NCBI GenBank assembly: GCA_027295155.1
Contig: JAPULH010000161.1
Span: 1-61,116, forward strand
Length of the DNA stretch: 61,116 nucleotides
Reading direction: 5' to 3'
Origin: Gemmatimonadota bacterium
GTDB taxonomy: Bacteria; Gemmatimonadota; Gemmatimonadetes; Palauibacterales; Palauibacteraceae
Under the pieces are notes generated by a model. The model was given only the letters and a program-made list of their open reading frames with translations, made no database searches and had not been told where the DNA came from. Both the position numbers and the translations under genes were made by a program. Below are positions 1 through 10,262 of the stretch, piece by piece. The first letter of the stretch is position 1, and every line of letters begins with the position of its first letter.

Positions 1-1
1 G

Positions 2-1615
2 GCGCGCGAGGAGGCGTACGAGGCGGAGATTAGCGAGCTGACCGACGAGGAGGAGGAGGCCGGAGATCTGAGTCCTCGGGCGCCCGTGGTCACCGTCATG
101 GGCCACGTTGATCACGGCAAGACCTCGCTCCTGGACCACATCCGGCAGACCAACGTGATCGCCGGAGAGGCCGGCGGTATCACGCAGCATATCGGAGCCT
201 ACCGCGTGGATCTCGGTGACGAGCACACGGTGACGTTCCTGGACACGCCCGGGCACGAAGCGTTTACGGCGATGCGCGCACGGGGGGCGGAGATCACGGA
301 CGTCGTCGTGCTGGTCGTGGCGGCGGATGACGCCGTGATGCCGCAGACGGTGGAGGCGATCAGCCACGCCAAGAACGCCGGTGTGCCGATCATCGTGGCG
401 ATCAACAAGATCGATCTCCCCGCGGCCGACGTGTCCAAGGTGCAGCAGGATCTGCTCACTCATGGCGTGGTGCTCGAGGAGTTCGGTGGAGATGTCCTCT
501 CCGCCCCCGTCTCGGCCAAGACGGGTCAGGGCGTCGACGAGCTGCTCGAGAAGATCCTCCTCCAGGCTGAGCTGCTGGAGCTGAAGGCCAATCCGGAGCG
601 GCGGGGGCGTGGCACCGTGGTCGAGGCCCAGCTGGATCGAGGCATGGGGCCTGTGGCGACGGTCCTCGTGCAGAGCGGAACGTTCAGGGTCGGAGACGAC
701 TTCATCTGCGGCCTGTTCGGAGGCCGCGTGCGGGCGATGCTCGACGAGCGAGGCCAGAACGTAGAGTCGGCCGGACCGTCGATCCCGGTTCGGATCCTAG
801 GGCTCGAGGGCGTCCCGCAGGCAGGTGACTCGATCGTCGGTGTCGAGGCCGAGCGGGCGCGGGAGATCGCCGGTCGTCGCCAGCAGCTGGAGCGCGAGAA
901 GGACATACGCCGGCGCCAGAGCGGTGCGCGGCTCGAGGAGCTGTTCGACACAGTACAGGCCGGACAGGTGACGCGTCTATACCTCGTCATCAAGGCGGAC
1001 ACGGATGGCTCGGTTCAGGCGCTCTCGGACGCTCTGGAGCGACTGAGCACGGACGAGGTTAGAGTGGAGGTGATCCACCGTGGCGTCGGTGCGGTCAACG
1101 AGTCCGACGTGCTCCTCGCGTCGACAAGCTCGGCGGCGATCATCGGGTTCCACGTACGGCCGGACGTGAAGGCTCGGGACGTGGCGCAGCGCGAGGGCAT
1201 CGAGATCCGGTACTACGACGTGATTTACGAGGTGGTCGAAGACATACGGATGGCGCTCGAAGGCCTCCTGCGGCCGGAAGAGGTCGAGCGGATCCTCGGC
1301 ACGGCGGAGGTCCGACAACTCTTCCGCATACCGAAGGTGGGTACGGTGGCGGGTTGCTACGTCAGCGATGGCGTCATGCAGCGCAACCTCCCCGTGCATC
1401 TGGTACGCGACCAGGTTCGCATCTTCAGTGGAAAGATCGCCAGCCTGAAGCGCTTCAAGGACGATGCACGCGAGGTGCGCGAGGGGTACGAGTGCGGTAT
1501 CAGCATCGAGGGGTACAACGACATCAAGGAGGGCGACCTGATCGAGTGCTATCGAATCGACGAAGTCGCGCGCACTCTCGCGGAGAGTGCAGCGGCGTCG
1601 GAGAGCGCTTCCTGA
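2..1615 (+). CDS. infB: Translation initiation factor IF-2 (3' ~538 codons; 5' end lies upstream of the window)
   Basis: The frame is open from nt 2 (..[19 protein letters not shown]..). GTPase motifs [16 protein letters not shown] and NKID are present, followed by IF-2 C-terminal domains. The ORF-track start at 86 is an internal Met. The conserved infB-DUF503-rbfA-truB context follows. Confidence 0.97.
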   Translation, partial: AREEAYEAEISELTDEEEEAGDLSPRAPVVTVMGHVDHGKTSLLDHIRQTNVIAGEAGGITQHIGAYRVDLGDEHTVTFLDTPGHEAFTAMRARGAEITDVVVLVVAADDAVMPQTVEAISHAKNAGVPIIVAINKIDLPAADVSKVQQDLLTHGVVLEEFGGDVLSAPVSAKTGQGVDELLEKILLQAELLELKANPERRGRGTVVEAQLDRGMGPVATVLVQSGTFRVGDDFICGLFGGRVRAMLDERGQNVESAGPSIPVRILGLEGVPQAGDSIVGVEAERAREIAGRRQQLEREKDIRRRQSGARLEELFDTVQAGQVTRLYLVIKADTDGSVQALSDALERLSTDEVRVEVIHRGVGAVNESDVLLASTSSAAIIGFHVRPDVKARDVAQREGIEIRYYDVIYEVVEDIRMALEGLLRPEEVERILGTAEVRQLFRIPKVGTVAGCYVSDGVMQRNLPVHLVRDQVRIFSGKIASLKRFKDDAREVREGYECGISIEGYNDIKEGDLIECYRIDEVARTLAESAAASESAS

Positions 1616-1622
1616 GGCTGCG

Positions 1623-1910
1623 ATGGCCGTGGTCGTGGGCGTCGGTCGTTGGGTTCTGCACCTGCCTGGTTGCACATCACTGAAGGCGAAGCGCCGGATC
1701 GTGCGGGGCCTGCGCGATCGACTCCGGGCGCGATACCGGGTCTCGGCCGCGGAAACGGACTTCCAGGACAAGTGGCAGAAGGCCGAGATCTGTGCAGCTG
1801 TCGTGACATCGAAACGCTCCACGGCCGAATCGTTGCTGGCTCGCCTCGATGAGCACGTGGCTTCCGATCCCCGAGCCCTCGTGATCGAGCGGGAGACTGT
1901 CCTCTACTGA
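1623..1910 (+). CDS. DUF503 (YlxP-like) small protein
   Basis: 95-aa ORF from ATG 1623 (MAVVVGVGRWVLHLPGCTSLKAKRRIVRGL..), 7 nt after the infB stop. Its size and its position between infB and rbfA are typical of DUF503. The ORF-track start at 1587 would overlap infB and is unlikely. Confidence 0.8.
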   Translation: MAVVVGVGRWVLHLPGCTSLKAKRRIVRGLRDRLRARYRVSAAETDFQDKWQKAEICAAVVTSKRSTAESLLARLDEHVASDPRALVIERETVLY

Positions 1911-1937
1911 GTCAAGCCTCTTTCCGGGCCACCGATT

Positions 1938-2303
1938 ATGACGCCGAGAAGAATCGAGCGGGTCAACCAGCTCCTTCGGGAAGAGCTGGCCCGCCTCATC
2001 GCGCGCTCGGTGAAGGATCCACGCGTCGCTCCGGTCACGATCATGGAGGTGAGGACGACGCGCGACCTGAAGGTCGCCAAGGTGTTCGTCCGGGCGGGCA
2101 GCGACGAGGAGACCTTGGTCGACGCACTCACGGGCCTGGAGAGCGCCGAGGGCTACCTTCGGCGCGAGCTCGGGCGGCGGCTGCGGTTGCGCCGGATCCC
2201 CGAGTTTCGCTTCGAGGCCGATCGCACGATGGAGCAGGCCATGCGGATCGAGTCGCTTCTTCGGGAAGTGCGCTCGGAGGGGGCGGATGAAGGGTCGGCA
2301 TGA
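1938..2303 (+). CDS. rbfA: Ribosome-binding factor A
   Basis: 121 aa with the typical RbfA N-terminus MTPRRIERVNQLLREELARLI..DPR. It lies in the conserved position before truB. Confidence 0.93.
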   Translation: MTPRRIERVNQLLREELARLIARSVKDPRVAPVTIMEVRTTRDLKVAKVFVRAGSDEETLVDALTGLESAEGYLRRELGRRLRLRRIPEFRFEADRTMEQAMRIESLLREVRSEGADEGSA

Positions 2304-3241
2304 GCCTGAGTCACCGGCCCACCTTGAGTGGCATTCTCCTCGTCGACAAGCCGGAGGGTCCCACCTCCCACGACGTGGTCCAGCAGGCGCGTCGCGTTCT
2401 GGGCATCCGCCGGATCGGCCATACGGGCACGCTGGATCCGTTCGCCAGCGGTCTCCTGATCCTCTGCGTGGGCAGGGCCACCCGCCTGGCGGAGTACTTC
2501 CACATCCCGGCCAAACGGTACGAGGCGCGCGTACATCTGGGCATGGAGACGACGACGCACGACCGAAGTGGCGACATCGTGGCCGAGTCGGCCAAGTGGC
2601 GAGATGTCAGCAGGGAGCGGCTCGAAGAGGCCCTGGGCAAGATGGTGGGCGCCATCTCGCAGCGGCCTCCAGCGGTTTCGGCGAAGAGGGTAGAGGGTCG
2701 GCGGGCCCACGCCCTCGTCCGCTCCGGGTGCTTCGTTGCGCTTCCGGACGTGCAGGTCACCGTGCACGAGCTTCGAGTGCTGGAGTTTCGTCCGCCGATG
2801 TTTCGCCTCGCCGCGCATGTCTCGACGGGCACGTACGTTCGGGCGATCGCACGCGACCTGGGGCGGGATCTCGGATGCGGCGCCCACCTTACGGCGCTCC
2901 GGCGAGTGGCGATCGGCCATCTCCGAGCGAGCGATGGTCTCCCCGGCCGCCTGCTCAGCCGGGGCGTAACACGTGAGGAGGTCCTGCAGGCGGCCGCCTG
3001 GCGGGAGCCTGGTGCGGAGATGACCTGGCTGCCGTCCCGCGAGCTGACCGATGAAGAGCTTGGCCTCGCTCGTAACGGGCGGCCGCTGAGGCTGTCCGGA
3101 TCAGCGGATCGCCGCCGAGAGACGGACGAGGAGGGTCCGCGAGCGGATCGTCCAGTACGATTGTTACACGGCGGGCGCCTGGTGGCCATCGCCGAGCCGA
3201 ACGGCCTACTTCTACGGCCGCGCAAGGTGCTCATTGACTGA
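2300..3241 (+). CDS. truB: tRNA pseudouridine(55) synthase
   Basis: GILLVDKPEGPTSHDVV and GHTGTLDPFASGLL (catalytic Asp motif) are present. The start makes an ATGA overlap with the rbfA stop. Confidence 0.95.
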   Translation: MSLSHRPTLSGILLVDKPEGPTSHDVVQQARRVLGIRRIGHTGTLDPFASGLLILCVGRATRLAEYFHIPAKRYEARVHLGMETTTHDRSGDIVAESAKWRDVSRERLEEALGKMVGAISQRPPAVSAKRVEGRRAHALVRSGCFVALPDVQVTVHELRVLEFRPPMFRLAAHVSTGTYVRAIARDLGRDLGCGAHLTALRRVAIGHLRASDGLPGRLLSRGVTREEVLQAAAWREPGAEMTWLPSRELTDEELGLARNGRPLRLSGSADRRRETDEEGPRADRPVRLLHGGRLVAIAEPNGLLLRPRKVLID

Positions 3242-4244
3242 GTTCGGGGCGGGCCGGGCCCGACCGGGCCCGGCCGGTCCTCGATCGGGAGGCCTACCTC
3301 CGGACGTTCCGGGGACCGTGGTCACGGTGGGCACGTTCGACGGAGTGCACCGGGGCCACTGGGCCGTGCTCGATGAGATCGGTGCGCGCGCGCGCCGCCG
3401 CTGCCTGACGAGCGTCCTCGTGACCTTCGACCGCCATCCGCTCACCGTCCTGCGGCCCGAGGCCGCGCCTCCCATGCTGACGTCGCCGGACGAGAAGAAG
3501 GAGATTCTGGCCCTCTCCTCCGTGGACTACGTGGCGTTTCTGTCCTTCACGCGCGCTCTTTCCCTCTATCAACCGGAAGAGTTCGTGCGGCTCGTTCTCG
3601 TCCCGCGCTTCCGGGTCAAGGAGTTGGTCATCGGTTACGACCACGGCTTCGGGCGCGACCGGACCGGGGATCATCAGACGCTACGGAGGCTCGGAAAGGA
3701 GCTTGGCTTCGACGTCGATGTGGTTTCGCTGGTAACGTCCAACGGCGAATCGATCTCTTCGACGAAGATTCGTGGGTTGGTGCGAGAGGGGGAGGTGGAG
3801 GGTGCGGCCCGGGCCCTTGGACGGCCGTACTCGCTTCGCGGAGTCGTCGTACACGGCCTTGGCCGCGGCCGGCAGCTGGGCTTCCCCACGGCCAACCTCC
3901 AGGTGCCGCAGGGCGGGAAGCTGATCCCCGGCTCGGGGATCTACGCCGTGCGGGCCGGCCTCGGCTCCCTGATCTGCGACGGGCTCCTCCACCTGGGCCC
4001 GCGGCCGACCTTCGCCGGATCCCCGCCCTCGATCGAGCTCTATCTGCTGGATTTTGACGAGGAGATCTATGGAGAGAGTGTGCGGGTGGACTTCCTTTCC
4101 AGGCTTCGGGGAATCCGGCCGTTCTCGTCCGCCGAGGAGTTGGTTGCCCAGATGAGGCGAGATCGGGAGCGCGCTATCCGCTTCTTCGCCGCGCACGCAA
4201 GTCAGGTAGGCGGGAAGGAGTCGACGGCCGCCGTGTTTACATGA
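3234..4244 (+). CDS. ribF: Bifunctional riboflavin kinase / FMN adenylyltransferase
   Basis: VVTVGTFDGVHRGHWAVL nucleotidyltransferase motif plus a C-terminal riboflavin-kinase region (GFPTANL, IELYLLDFDEEIYGE). TTG 3234 is the first in-frame start, but the true start may be later. Confidence 0.9.
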   Translation: MTEFGAGRARPGPAGPRSGGLPPDVPGTVVTVGTFDGVHRGHWAVLDEIGARARRRCLTSVLVTFDRHPLTVLRPEAAPPMLTSPDEKKEILALSSVDYVAFLSFTRALSLYQPEEFVRLVLVPRFRVKELVIGYDHGFGRDRTGDHQTLRRLGKELGFDVDVVSLVTSNGESISSTKIRGLVREGEVEGAARALGRPYSLRGVVVHGLGRGRQLGFPTANLQVPQGGKLIPGSGIYAVRAGLGSLICDGLLHLGPRPTFAGSPPSIELYLLDFDEEIYGESVRVDFLSRLRGIRPFSSAEELVAQMRRDRERAIRFFAAHASQVGGKESTAAVFT

Positions 4245-4318
4245 GCGCCCGATATCGGTAAACTCTTAGGCTTTGTTTCTTCGGGACACCAGATGAGGAC
4301 AAGAGGACAAGAGCGAAC

Positions 4319-4588
4319 ATGACGGCTCGCAAGACCGACACGGGGAGCATCGTAGAGAGATTCGGCGGGCACGAGAACGACTGCGGATCGACTTCCGTTC
4401 AGATCGCGCTGGTGACGGCACGCATCGAGGAGCTCACCGGACACTTCCAGCAGCATCCGAAGGACCACCATAGCCGGCGCGGGCTCCTGAAGCTGGTGGG
4501 CCGGCGGAGGCGCCTGTTGACTTATCTCAGGCGGACGGACCTTGAAAGGTACCGCAGCCTGATCCAGGAGCTCGGGCTCCGCCACTAG
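4319..4588 (+). CDS. rpsO: 30S ribosomal protein S15
   Basis: 89 aa with the S15 signature ([48 protein letters not shown]). It is preceded by a lower-GC leader and followed by pnp. Confidence 0.97.
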   Translation: MTARKTDTGSIVERFGGHENDCGSTSVQIALVTARIEELTGHFQQHPKDHHSRRGLLKLVGRRRRLLTYLRRTDLERYRSLIQELGLRH

Positions 4589-4602
4589 GAAAGAGAGAAC
4601 CA

Positions 4603-6693
4603 GTGCACAGAATCGAAAAAGAGTTCGCCGGACGCACGCTCGTCATGGAGACGGGCCGGATGGCAAGGCAAGCAGACGGCGCCGTTTTTATTCAGTTTGG
4701 GGATACGGCGGTACTCGTGACCGCGGTGGCGGAGCGAAAGCGCACGCACCTTCCGTTCTTCCCGCTCACCGTCGAGTATCGGGAGAAGACGTACGCCGCC
4801 GGCAAGTTCCCGGGCGGCTTCATCAAGCGCGAGGGACGCCCCGGCGACAAGGCCACGGTTTCGGCTCGCCAGATCGATCGTCCGCTCCGCCCGCTCTTCC
4901 CGGAGGACTACCGCAACGAGACGCAGGTTGCGTGCTTCGTGATCTCGGCGGACCAGGAGAACGACGCCGACGTGTGGGGCATGCTCGGCGCGTCCACGGC
5001 GATCCGGCTCTCATCTATCCCGTGGGAGGGACCGATCGCCGGAGTCCGGATCGGCCGGGTTGAGGACGAATGGATCATCAACCCCACCTTCCAAGAGCTC
5101 GAGTTCTCCGACATGGACATCGTCGTGGCCGGCACCGAGGACTCGATCGTGATGGTCGAAGGTGCCGCGCTCGAGATCTCCGAGGAGGAGTTCGTCGAAG
5201 GGTTGAACCTGGCCCACGACGCCGTGCGCCAGCTGATCGGTTTCCAGCGTGAGCTCGTCGAGATGGCGGGGGGTCCCTTCGAGAAGTTCGAGTACGACGT
5301 GATCGAGCTGCCGGAGGGCCTGGAGCCGGCGGTCGAGAGTCTTGCGGCGTCCCGTATCGAAGAGGCTCTCCGCGTCGCCGACAAGGCCAAACGGGAGACG
5401 ATCCTCCGGGCTCTGCGTGATGAGGTCAAGGGGGCGCTCGAGGAGGAATACGGAGAGGAAGTGGCGCATGTGGGCGGCGTGCTGCGAGCGATCGAGAAGA
5501 AGGCGATGCGCCGTCAGATCCTCGATGAGAGCGTCAGAGTAGACGGTCGCGGCCTCGACGAGATCCGGGAGATCAGCTGCGAGACCAGCCTGCTGCCGCG
5601 GACGCACGGCTCGGCGCTCTTCACACGCGGCCAGACGCAGGCGCTGTGTGTCACGACGCTCGGCACGATCGCCGATGAGCAGCGGATGGACTCGATCGAC
5701 ATCCGTGACCAGACGTCCAAGTCGTTCATGCTTCACTACAACTTCCCGCCTTTCTCCGTTGGGGAGGTACGAATGTTCCGCGGGCCTGGCCGTCGAGAGA
5801 TCGGCCACGGGATGTTGGCCGAACGGGCGCTGCAGTCCCTGCTCCCACCGTACGATGAGTTCCCCTACACGGTTCGAGTCGTCGCGGACATTCTCGAGTC
5901 GAACGGATCGAGCTCGATGGCCTCGGTATGTGGCGGATCCCTGTCGCTGATGGATGCGGGAGTTCCGATGCGTGCCTCGTGCGCGGGCATCGCGATGGGT
6001 CTCATCAAGGAGGGGGAGCGGGTCGCTATTCTCACCGACATCCTCGGCGTCGAGGACGCTCTCGGAGACATGGATTTCAAAGTGGCGGGCACGGAGCGCG
6101 GGATCACCGCGATACAGATGGACATCAAGGCGAAGGGCCTGGGCGTCGAGACGATGCGGGAGGCCTTGGAGAGGGGCCGGAAGGCGCGTCTGAGCATTCT
6201 GGAGAGCATGAGCAGGGCGCTCGCCGCTCCGCGGGAGCAGATGTCGGAGTACGCTCCGCGCATCGTGACCGTCCAGATCAATCCCGAGAAGATCGGCGAG
6301 ATCATCGGCCCCAAGGGCAAGACGATTCGGGGCATCGAGGAGAGGACCGGTGCGAAGCTCAACATCGAGGACACCGGGATCGTCACGATCTCCGCGCTCT
6401 CCCGCGAGGCCAGCCAAGCGGCCCGCGAGATGGTGGAGGCGATCGTCGAAGAGCCGGAGGTGGGACGCATATATGAGGGCGTCGTGAAGAACACGACCAC
6501 GTTCGGTGCCTTTGTCGAGATCATCCCGGGCGTCGAGGGGCTGTGCCATATCTCGGAGCTGGAGGAGGGTCGAACCGAGAACACCGAGGACGTCGTGAAG
6601 CCGGGCGATGTGGTCCAGGTGAAGCTCCTCTCGGTCGACGACCGCGGGCGGCTCAAGCTCTCGAGGCGAGCCGCGATGAACGGCGACAACTAG
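4603..6693 (+). CDS. pnp: Polyribonucleotide nucleotidyltransferase (PNPase)
   Basis: 696 aa with two RNase-PH domains, a KH domain (GPKGKTIRGIEE) and an S1 domain (GRIYEGVVKNTTTFGAFVEI). The GTG start lies 14 nt after rpsO and is preceded by GGAAAGAGAG. Confidence 0.97.
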   Translation: MHRIEKEFAGRTLVMETGRMARQADGAVFIQFGDTAVLVTAVAERKRTHLPFFPLTVEYREKTYAAGKFPGGFIKREGRPGDKATVSARQIDRPLRPLFPEDYRNETQVACFVISADQENDADVWGMLGASTAIRLSSIPWEGPIAGVRIGRVEDEWIINPTFQELEFSDMDIVVAGTEDSIVMVEGAALEISEEEFVEGLNLAHDAVRQLIGFQRELVEMAGGPFEKFEYDVIELPEGLEPAVESLAASRIEEALRVADKAKRETILRALRDEVKGALEEEYGEEVAHVGGVLRAIEKKAMRRQILDESVRVDGRGLDEIREISCETSLLPRTHGSALFTRGQTQALCVTTLGTIADEQRMDSIDIRDQTSKSFMLHYNFPPFSVGEVRMFRGPGRREIGHGMLAERALQSLLPPYDEFPYTVRVVADILESNGSSSMASVCGGSLSLMDAGVPMRASCAGIAMGLIKEGERVAILTDILGVEDALGDMDFKVAGTERGITAIQMDIKAKGLGVETMREALERGRKARLSILESMSRALAAPREQMSEYAPRIVTVQINPEKIGEIIGPKGKTIRGIEERTGAKLNIEDTGIVTISALSREASQAAREMVEAIVEEPEVGRIYEGVVKNTTTFGAFVEIIPGVEGLCHISELEEGRTENTEDVVKPGDVVQVKLLSVDDRGRLKLSRRAAMNGDN

Positions 6694-6790
6694 TCGCCTG
6701 GCCGGGCGAAGCGCGACACGGCAAACCGTCGGTCGGGGTTCCCGCCTCGACGATGACGTCTGGTCGTGGAAGCGGGCCGACGGTCTGCGT

Positions 6791-7984
6791 GTGGCGTGGG
6801 AGCGGATCGAGACGGTTCGCTCCGTGGCGCTCGGCATCTGGGTCGAGCACGGAGGAGCCCACGACGCCGAGGATCAAAAGGGGCTGGCCCACCTCCTCGA
6901 GCACATGGTGTTCAAGGGCACTCGCACCCGCACCGCCCGCCAGATCGCAGCCGAGATCGAGCAGGTCGGAGGGTCGCTGGACGCCTATACGAGCCACGAC
7001 CACACCGGCTACCTCGCGCGGGTGCCCGAGGAGCACCTGGAGATCGCGGTGGACGTGCTTGCGGGTCTCGTGTTTCATCCAGTGCTCCGGCGGGACGATC
7101 TGCGGCTCGAGCGTGAGGTCATCCTCGAGGAGCTGGCCGGCCTGGAGGACTCGCCCGATCAACTCGTCTTCGAGCTTCACGGCGAGCAGCTTTACGGCAG
7201 CCACCCATACGGGCGCTCGATTCTGGGTACGGCCCAGACGGTCGCCTCGATCGGCACGGAAGATCTTGAGCGCCTCCAGGCATCGGCGTACGTGCCCGGC
7301 AACTGCGTCATTGCCGCAGCCGGGCGCCTGACGAGCGAACGCCTCCTGGAGGCCCTCGATCGGCGAGTGCCCGAAGCCGGTGAGACCGCCCGCCAGGACC
7401 TCCCGCCTCTCGAAACGGGATCGGCCGGCTTTCGCCTGGTCGAGCGGCCCGGCGGCCGCCAGTCGCACATCGTGGCGGGCGCCCTGGCCGTGCCGCACTC
7501 CAGCCCGCTTCGCTATGCCGTGATCCTGGTGGAGGCCGCGCTGGGTGGCGGGATGAGCTCGCGGCTCTTTCAGCACATCCGCGAAGACCTGGGCCTTGCC
7601 TACAGCGTCTACAGCTATCACGCGTTCTATCGGGCCGCTGGGCACGTGGGCGCCTATCTGGGCACACGGCCTGAGACGGCGGAGCGGGCTAGGGAGGAGC
7701 TGATCTCGGAGCTGCGAGCGGTCGCCGAGGACGGCCTGACTTCCGAGGAAGTGGAGCAGATGAAACGGCAACTGAAGGGACAGCTGCTCGTCGGCTTGGA
7801 GTCCACCGTGTCCCGGATGCAGCGCCTGGCAGGTCTCTCGCTCTACCGCGAGCCGTACATTACCCTGGACGAGCTGGCGGACCGCATCGACGGCATCACG
7901 CCCGAGCAGATCGCGGAAGCGGCCGCGTTCTTTCATCCAGATCGCCTCTCCGTGTTGGAGCTGCGACCTGTAGAAGACCGTTGA
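6791..7984 (+). CDS. M16-family (pitrilysin-like) zinc peptidase
   Basis: The inverted zincin motif HLLEH lies in GLAHLLEHMVFKGT, and the protein has typical M16 length and architecture. It follows pnp, as in many bacteria. The first canonical start (GTG 6791) probably truncates the N-terminus (see finding). Confidence 0.88.
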   Translation: MAWERIETVRSVALGIWVEHGGAHDAEDQKGLAHLLEHMVFKGTRTRTARQIAAEIEQVGGSLDAYTSHDHTGYLARVPEEHLEIAVDVLAGLVFHPVLRRDDLRLEREVILEELAGLEDSPDQLVFELHGEQLYGSHPYGRSILGTAQTVASIGTEDLERLQASAYVPGNCVIAAAGRLTSERLLEALDRRVPEAGETARQDLPPLETGSAGFRLVERPGGRQSHIVAGALAVPHSSPLRYAVILVEAALGGGMSSRLFQHIREDLGLAYSVYSYHAFYRAAGHVGAYLGTRPETAERAREELISELRAVAEDGLTSEEVEQMKRQLKGQLLVGLESTVSRMQRLAGLSLYREPYITLDELADRIDGITPEQIAEAAAFFHPDRLSVLELRPVEDR

Positions 7985-8002
7985 AGCGGTACGGTGGGCC
8001 AC
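7980..8002 (-). repeat. Dispersed repeat, diverged copy B (23-nt core)
   Basis: The plus strand reads gttgaagcggtacggtgggccac, which is 21/23 identical to the core of copy C. It overlaps the M16 stop codon (7982-7984) and ends 1 nt before the ald Shine-Dalgarno AAGGAGG. Confidence 0.6.
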
Positions 8003-8015
8003 CAAGGAGGAGTTC

Positions 8016-9128
8016 ATGATCGTCGGTGTGCCGAAGGAGATCAAAGCCAACGAGAACCGGGTCGCCCTCGTTCCGGCTGGAGCGGAGACGCTGTCGAGCC
8101 ACGGACACACGGTGATCGTGGAGTCCGGGGCCGGCGATGGAAGCGGCTTCTCCGACGGAGTCTATGAGAGGGTCGGGGCTCGCGTTGTCGACGCAGCGGC
8201 GCCTGTGTGGTCAGAGGCCGAGATGATCCTGAAGGTCAAGGAGCCGGTGCCCGAGGAGCGCGAGCGAATTCACGAGGATCAGGTCGTGTTCACGTATTTC
8301 CATTTTGCAGCTGATGAGGGGCTCACGCGCAGCCTGATGGAGAGCGGCGGCGTGGCGATCGCTTACGAGACGGTCCAACTGCCGGATGGCGAGCTCCCGC
8401 TGCTCACGCCGATGTCCGAGGTCGCGGGACGCATGGCGGTGCAGGAGGGGGCCAAATACCTGGAGAAGTCGAGCGGCGGCAGCGGGATCCTGCTGGGAGG
8501 GGTTCCCGGTGTGTTGCCCGCCAAGGTGGTGATTCTCGGGGGTGGGGTCGTGGGCAGCAACGCAGCCCGAATCGCCGCGGGCTTTGGCGCTCACGTCACG
8601 ATCCTGGACGTAAACCTGGAGAGGTTGCGCTACCTGGCTGACGTCATGCCCGCCAACGTCGACACTCTCTTCTCGAACCGTCACTCCATTCTCGAGCAGC
8701 TGGAAGGGACCGATCTGCTGGTGGGCGCCGTGCTCGTCCCGGGGGCCAAGGCGCCGAGCCTGGTGCGGCGTGAGGACCTGAAGCGGATGAAGGATGGCTC
8801 GGTGATCGTGGACGTCGCGGTGGATCAGGGTGGGTGCGTGGAGACGGTCCATCCGACCACGCACGCGGATCCGGTGTACGTGATCGACGGTGTCGTGCAC
8901 TATGGTGTGTCGAACATGCCGGGGGCCGTTCCGCGAACGTCTACGCTGGGCCTCACCAATGCGACCTTCCCGTATGTGCTCGAGCTGGCCAACAACGGAT
9001 GGCGCGCCGCCTGCCGGGAGAATCCGTCGCTTGCGCTCGGAGTCAACGTGGCGTACGGGCAGTGCACGTACGCGGCGGTCGCGGAGGCGTTTGGCTTGGA
9101 GCACTCGTCCCTCGAAGACATCATCTGA
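8016..9128 (+). CDS. ald: Alanine dehydrogenase
   Basis: MIVGVPKEIKANENRVALVPAGAETL N-terminus and the Rossmann motif VVILGGGVVGSNAA; 370 aa. A strong RBS AAGGAGGAG lies upstream. Confidence 0.93.
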   Translation: MIVGVPKEIKANENRVALVPAGAETLSSHGHTVIVESGAGDGSGFSDGVYERVGARVVDAAAPVWSEAEMILKVKEPVPEERERIHEDQVVFTYFHFAADEGLTRSLMESGGVAIAYETVQLPDGELPLLTPMSEVAGRMAVQEGAKYLEKSSGGSGILLGGVPGVLPAKVVILGGGVVGSNAARIAAGFGAHVTILDVNLERLRYLADVMPANVDTLFSNRHSILEQLEGTDLLVGAVLVPGAKAPSLVRREDLKRMKDGSVIVDVAVDQGGCVETVHPTTHADPVYVIDGVVHYGVSNMPGAVPRTSTLGLTNATFPYVLELANNGWRAACRENPSLALGVNVAYGQCTYAAVAEAFGLEHSSLEDII

Positions 9129-9208
9129 AGAGTGCGCGAGCCGCTTTCGTCTCGAGTGGTCCGACTCTACATTGGCCTCGGCCGTCCCTCATCTGACCGG
9201 AATTCTGC

Positions 9209-10243
9209 ATGTTCAAGTGGCTGAGTAAGGGCAGCCTGCTGCCGATCAACGACATCGGTGTCGACCTGGGCACCGCGAACACGCTCGTCTACGTAAAGGG
9301 CGAAGGGATCGTCCTGAACGAGCCGTCCGTGGTTGCCGTCGACAAGGCCACGGGCAAGCCGAAGGAATACGGTCTCGAGGCGAAGCGCATGCTGGGGCGG
9401 ACACCCAGTGGGATCGAAGCGGTCCGTCCGCTGAAGGATGGCGTGATCGCGGACGTCGACGTCACGGAGGACATGCTTCGGCACTTCCTCAAGGCGGTCA
9501 CCTCGAACCGGTTCTTCAGGATCCGGCCCCGGGTTGTCGTCGGAGTGCCTTCCGGAATCACCGAGCTCGAGCGGAGGGCCGTCCGGTCCAGCGCCCACGC
9601 GGCCGGTGCCAAGGAGGTGTACATGGTCTCCGAGCCGATGGCCGCCGCGATCGGGGTCGGCCTGCCCGTCGAGACGCCCACCGGGAACATGATCATCGAC
9701 GTGGGCGGCGGGACTACGGAGATCGCGGTCATCGCGCTCTCCGGCTCCGTGGCCGACACGGCGATCCGAGTGGGCGGCGACGAGTTGGATGCCGCGATCG
9801 TGACCTTCCTGCGAAAGAACTATAATCTCCTGATCGGTGAGCCCACGGCGGAGGGGATCAAGATCCAGATCGGTTCGGCGTATCCGACCGACGAGGAACG
9901 CGAGATGGTGGTGAAGGGCCGTGACCTGGTATCCGGGATCCCCAAGACGGTCCGGGTGCACTCGGCTGAGATCCGGGAGTGCATACAGGAGCCGATTCAG
10001 GCGATCGTGGGTGCCGTGCGGCGCGCTCTCGAGATGACGCCGCCCGAGCTGTCCTCGGACATCGTCGATCGTGGGATCGTGATGACGGGAGGCGGGGCGC
10101 TGGTGCGCGGCCTGGACATGTTGCTCCGCGAGGAAACGGGTTTGCCGATCCATGTCGACGAAGAGCCCCTCACCTGCGTGGTGCGAGGCACGGGGCGCAT
10201 CCTGGATGACCTCGCGCGCTATCGGAGCGTGCTTGTCCACTGA
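9209..10243 (+). CDS. mreB: Rod shape-determining protein MreB
   Basis: Actin-like ATPase motifs ([29 protein letters not shown]); 344 aa. It heads the mreBCD-mrdA-rodA cluster. Confidence 0.97.
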   Translation: MFKWLSKGSLLPINDIGVDLGTANTLVYVKGEGIVLNEPSVVAVDKATGKPKEYGLEAKRMLGRTPSGIEAVRPLKDGVIADVDVTEDMLRHFLKAVTSNRFFRIRPRVVVGVPSGITELERRAVRSSAHAAGAKEVYMVSEPMAAAIGVGLPVETPTGNMIIDVGGGTTEIAVIALSGSVADTAIRVGGDELDAAIVTFLRKNYNLLIGEPTAEGIKIQIGSAYPTDEEREMVVKGRDLVSGIPKTVRVHSAEIRECIQEPIQAIVGAVRRALEMTPPELSSDIVDRGIVMTGGGALVRGLDMLLREETGLPIHVDEEPLTCVVRGTGRILDDLARYRSVLVH

Positions 10244-10262
10244 CCTCATCGGCTGAAGCGAA

